From the NCBI GenBank assembly GCA_000296795.1, contig BAFH01000002.1, forward strand, positions 310,686 to 342,685: a stretch of DNA of 32,000 nucleotides, in the 5' to 3' direction. The notes beneath the pieces are model-generated. The model made no database searches. It saw only the letters and a list, made by a program, of their open reading frames with translations, and was not told the DNA's origin. The translations under genes and the position numbers were made by a program. Below, piece after piece: positions 28,789 through 32,000 of this stretch. The first letter of the stretch is position 1. Every line of letters starts with the position of its first letter. The DNA comes from Candidatus Jettenia caeni. Its GTDB lineage: Bacteria > Planctomycetota > Brocadiia > Brocadiales > Brocadiaceae.

Positions 28789-29847
28789 CTAAGGTGTAAC
28801 TATAATGGAAACATCTTCTCTTGTACGTACTTCACCGATAACATCGGCAGTCATAACCCCCTTCTCTTTGAGTTTTGCACAAAGTACTTCAACTTTTTCT
28901 TCCGGAAGTGAGATAAGCAGGCCGCCGGAAGTCTGGGCATCGAATAAGACATCTACCAATTCCTCACTTACGTTAGGATCTATTCTAATCGCATCTTTTA
29001 AATATTTCTTACTAAGCTTTGATACCCCCGGTATCAATCCCATCCTGACATAGCGTTCACAACCTTCGAATATAGGCACATGACCAGCAAAGAAAGATAA
29101 GGTAACCATACTGGCTTCTGCCATCTCATGCGCATGGCCTATAAGCCCAAAACCAGTAATATCCGTGCAGGCATTCACATTTACTTCCAGCATAACTTCA
29201 GAGGCTGCCTTATTTAACAAGACCATACTCTTCGTTACAATACTTATATGCTCCTCAAGAACTTTCCTGGCCTTAATAGCCGAGATAATTAATCCCGTCC
29301 CTAACGGTTTTGTTAGTACCAATACATCTCCTACCCTGGCACCTGCATTCGTTACAATCTTCTTAGGATGAATAATTCCCGTAACGGATAATCCATATTT
29401 AATCTCATTATCCTGTAACGTGTGACCACCCACAATGGCAGCTCCTGCCTCATTGACCTTATCTGCTCCACCCTTAAGTATTTCTGTCAAAATATCCTTA
29501 TTCAGTGTCTTGAGAGGATAACAAAGGATATTCATAGCCGTGAGAGGTTTGCCTCCCATAGCGTAAACATCGCTTAAGGCATTAGCTGCTGCTATCTGTC
29601 CGTAATCATACGGATTATTCACTACCGGTGTAAAAAAATCAAGGGTTGATACCGTAGCTATTTCCTCAGTAATCTTGTAGATACCGGCATCAGCAAAGGT
29701 TTTGGGGCCGACTAACAGATGTTCATCCGGATACTCCGGTAAATTACGAAGCACATACGCCATGTCTTCAACGGGGATCTTACCAGCTCACCCGCCACAC
29801 GTTGCGTAATCGATCAATCGCTTTTTTCTCCGTAACAGAGGTACCAC
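28789..29847 (-). CDS. selD: Selenide, water dikinase (selenophosphate synthetase), selenocysteine-containing form with in-frame TGA at 29788-29790
   Basis: The track ORF (324 aa) lacks the catalytic N-terminus. Reading through the TGA gives RLIDYATCGG-U-AGKIPVEDMAYVL, which parallels E. coli [24 protein letters not shown]. Start is GTG 29847 or TTG 29817 (GGAG 10 nt upstream). A stop lies just upstream at 29854-29856. Confidence 0.85.
29738..29784 (-). promoter_or_regulatory. Candidate bacterial SECIS hairpin immediately 3' of the selD UGA
   Basis: mRNA: GGUAAGAUCCCCGUUGAAGACAUGGCGUAUGUGCUUCGUAAUUUACC. Outer stem GGUAA/UUACC. Inner stem GAAG..CAU/AUG..CUUC. Apical loop contains G and U. It starts 3 nt after the UGA. 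Confidence 0.4.
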
Positions 29848-29885
29848 CCCCTTTCATAAAAAAGCTGCCGTTTGTTCTATCGATT

Positions 29886-30374
29886 TTACTGAAACCACGA
29901 CGTCGATGCCTCTTTTTTGTTGAATTTAGCATGGCACTCATCACAACTATTTACCACATTGAAAAAGGCTGTCGTGGCCTTATCTTTATTTTTCTCCTGA
30001 CAGGCACTGATTAACTGTAATGCACTGAGATGAAATTTAACATCCAGATTTATAAACTCCAAAGGCAAGTCATCTTTATTTGCACCTGTAAAAACCACGG
30101 GACTTGCCGCTTTCAGTTTTTTTGTATCTTCTTTAATATCATTCCAATTCTGCTGGTTAATTGATGTTGATAAATGTTTTAACAACACCTTAATATTTTT
30201 CATATGTACCAGAAAGCCCTCTTCATTTTTAATAAACCCAAGCTCTTCATTTGCCTTAACTTCCTTTTGCCCCCTTTCGCCGGATATACCTCTCTCCTCC
30301 AGCTTTTCCGTTTCTTTTTTACCACAACCGAACATACATACTATGAGAATTGCTAAAATAATAGATTTCTTCAT
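29886..30374 (-). CDS. Lipoprotein with a C-terminal CxxCH haem c site (class II / cytochrome c'-like four-helix-bundle candidate)
   Basis: MKKSIILAILIVCMFGCGKK is a signal peptide with lipobox. A single CDECH motif lies about 15 residues from the C-terminus, as in class II cytochromes c. Confidence 0.55.
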   Translation of the reverse strand: MKKSIILAILIVCMFGCGKKETEKLEERGISGERGQKEVKANEELGFIKNEEGFLVHMKNIKVLLKHLSTSINQQNWNDIKEDTKKLKAASPVVFTGANKDDLPLEFINLDVKFHLSALQLISACQEKNKDKATTAFFNVVNSCDECHAKFNKKEASTSWFQ

Positions 30375-30460
30375 GTAAGGCACCTAAAAATTAAAGATTT
30401 ATGAAAATTAATAAAATTTTATGTTAAACGTTCTTCTTCAAAAAATCAACTTTTTATTCC

Positions 30461-31636
30461 TCACACTACGCTTAAAGACTTTCCAATCTTCTCAAAACAC
30501 TCCACCGCCCAGGTAAGATCATCCTGATTGTGTGCAGAGGAAAGCATTACACGAATGCGCGCCTTATCCATAGGTACTGTAGGATAGCCAATAGCCTGGG
30601 CAAAGATTCCTTCCTGAAATAATTTTTGACTAAAATCTTTAGCTGTCTTAGCATCTCCTATGATAACAGGGGTAATAGGTGTTCTTGTGTAGCCAAGGTC
30701 AAATCCGGCATGTTTCATTTTCTGCTGAAAAAATGCGGTATTATCCCAAAGTTGTTTAACGAATACATCTGAAGTACTGAGAATATTCACGGCTTCAATA
30801 CAAGCTGCTACATCGGCGGATGCAACAGCGCTGGAAAAAAGGAATGGACGTCCCTTTTGTGACAAGTAATCTGTTATCTTTTTCTTTCCTGCAACATAAC
30901 CACCTACCACTCCGAGTGCCTTTGACATGGTACCTGTCTCAATATCGACTTTGCCATGGAGACCAAAATGGTCAACAACACCCCTGCCACCTCGTCCCAA
31001 AACACCTTCTCCATGGGCATCGTCTACCATAGTAATTGCACCAAAAGCCTCGGCGATCCCTACAATTTCCGGCAGGGGTGCAATATCACCTTCCATACTA
31101 AAAACCCCGTCGGTAATAATAAGCTTACGCATAGCACTCTTTTCATTGAATATCTTTACCCGAAGGTCTTGTGGATCACCATGCTTATATCGTATAATCT
31201 TAGCCCTTGATAACCTACACCCATCAATAATACTCGCATGATTAAGTTCATCCGAAAGAACAACATCACCCTCACCAACAATTGCAGGAATAACGGCCAG
31301 GTTTGCACAGAATCCGGATTGAAAGGATAAAGCACACTCCACCCCCTTAAAAAGTGCAAGCTTTTGTTCCAACTGTTTGTGCAGGAGTGTCGTTCCAGCA
31401 ATAGTTCTTACCGCTGCCGGCCCTACACCGTAGGTTTCAATAGCTTTTTGTGAGGCTAACTTTAATCTGGGATTATTGGCAAACCCAAGATAGTTATTTG
31501 AGCAAAGATTTAATACCCGTTTTCCCTCTACCATAATCCACGCCCCTTGCGGTCCCTCAATGGTGCGGATATGGATTAATAGTCCTGTTTCCTTAAGTCT
31601 GTTAAGTTCTTCGGTAATAAAATCAAGTTTATCCAT
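30461..31636 (-). CDS. kbl: 2-amino-3-ketobutyrate CoA ligase (glycine C-acetyltransferase)
   Basis: [41 protein letters not shown] (PLP lysine). Start at the ATG of MDKLDF. Lies downstream of tdh. Confidence 0.9.
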   Translation of the reverse strand: MDKLDFITEELNRLKETGLLIHIRTIEGPQGAWIMVEGKRVLNLCSNNYLGFANNPRLKLASQKAIETYGVGPAAVRTIAGTTLLHKQLEQKLALFKGVECALSFQSGFCANLAVIPAIVGEGDVVLSDELNHASIIDGCRLSRAKIIRYKHGDPQDLRVKIFNEKSAMRKLIITDGVFSMEGDIAPLPEIVGIAEAFGAITMVDDAHGEGVLGRGGRGVVDHFGLHGKVDIETGTMSKALGVVGGYVAGKKKITDYLSQKGRPFLFSSAVASADVAACIEAVNILSTSDVFVKQLWDNTAFFQQKMKHAGFDLGYTRTPITPVIIGDAKTAKDFSQKLFQEGIFAQAIGYPTVPMDKARIRVMLSSAHNQDDLTWAVECFEKIGKSLSVV

Positions 31637-31653
31637 AATACATATCGCTCCTT

Positions 31654-32000
31654 TTACATTTTTAAAATAACCTTTCCACATCTTCCATCTTTCATAAGCT
31701 TCATACCCTTCTCATAGTCTTTTAATGAAAATTGATGAGTAATGACAGGGCTTGGATCAACGAGGCCGGAAGATAAGAAACGCGATGTCTTATACCACGT
31801 AGAGAATATCTTGCGACCAGTAATCCCATAAATACGTATCTTTTTAAAGATAACATCCTTATTCAAATCGATATGTACCCGCCGTTCATAAATACCCAAA
31901 ATAGATATCCTTCCTCCCGGCGTGATAGCTTTTAAACCTTGGTTCAGAGCCTGATTATTACCGGAAAATTCCAGAACTACGTCTATTCCACTATCCCTTG
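31654..32000 (-). CDS. tdh: L-threonine 3-dehydrogenase, C-terminal part (5' end beyond the window)
   Basis: The frame is open from the window edge: [37 protein letters not shown]...[28 protein letters not shown]. Zn-ADH-family C-terminus. The tdh-kbl pairing supports the call. Confidence 0.85.
   Translation of the reverse strand, partial: RDSGIDVVLEFSGNNQALNQGLKAITPGGRISILGIYERRVHIDLNKDVIFKKIRIYGITGRKIFSTWYKTSRFLSSGLVDPSPVITHQFSLKDYEKGMKLMKDGRCGKVILKM

Overview
About 40% GC bacterial window, diderm (lpxD present), that splits into two parts. Positions 1-12100 are an accessory, defence-type region, all on the minus strand. It holds the 5' half of a type 3 BREX-like operon: a small BrxF-like P-loop protein, a 1244-aa BrxC-like ATPase and a 928-aa PglXI-like DNA methyltransferase. 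The operon continues past position 1. A PIN toxin-antitoxin pair and a lone BrnA-like antitoxin sit between the ATPase and methylase genes. Next come a 640-bp AT-rich non-coding stretch and a decayed ISL3-family insertion sequence with intact inverted repeats but a frameshifted, internally deleted transposase. After that lie small gene fragments, a collapsed Cas3 (HD nuclease/helicase) remnant with no array or other cas genes, and a DEDDh 3'-5' exonuclease with an unrecognised N-terminal domain. Positions 12400-32000 are core housekeeping: gltX, thpR, recA, alaS, rpmF-plsX-fabH-fabD-acpP-fabF, lpxD, glmS, a DUF1326-like exported protein, an exported pcm, selD, a class II cytochrome c-like lipoprotein, kbl and a partial tdh. 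The ORF track misses three things. selD is a selenoprotein whose 5' end is hidden by an in-frame TGA (Sec) with a downstream hairpin. gltX has no ATG/GTG/TTG start and most likely initiates at an SD-preceded CTG after a 3-codon mini-ORF. GC-rich palindromic elements sit in AT-rich intergenic DNA. I see no clearly new multi-gene system. The best candidate for something beyond textbook is the BREX-3 operon with embedded toxin-antitoxin genes, plus the neighbouring exonuclease and Cas3 wreck. All family assignments come from motifs read by eye and need HMM or structure confirmation.
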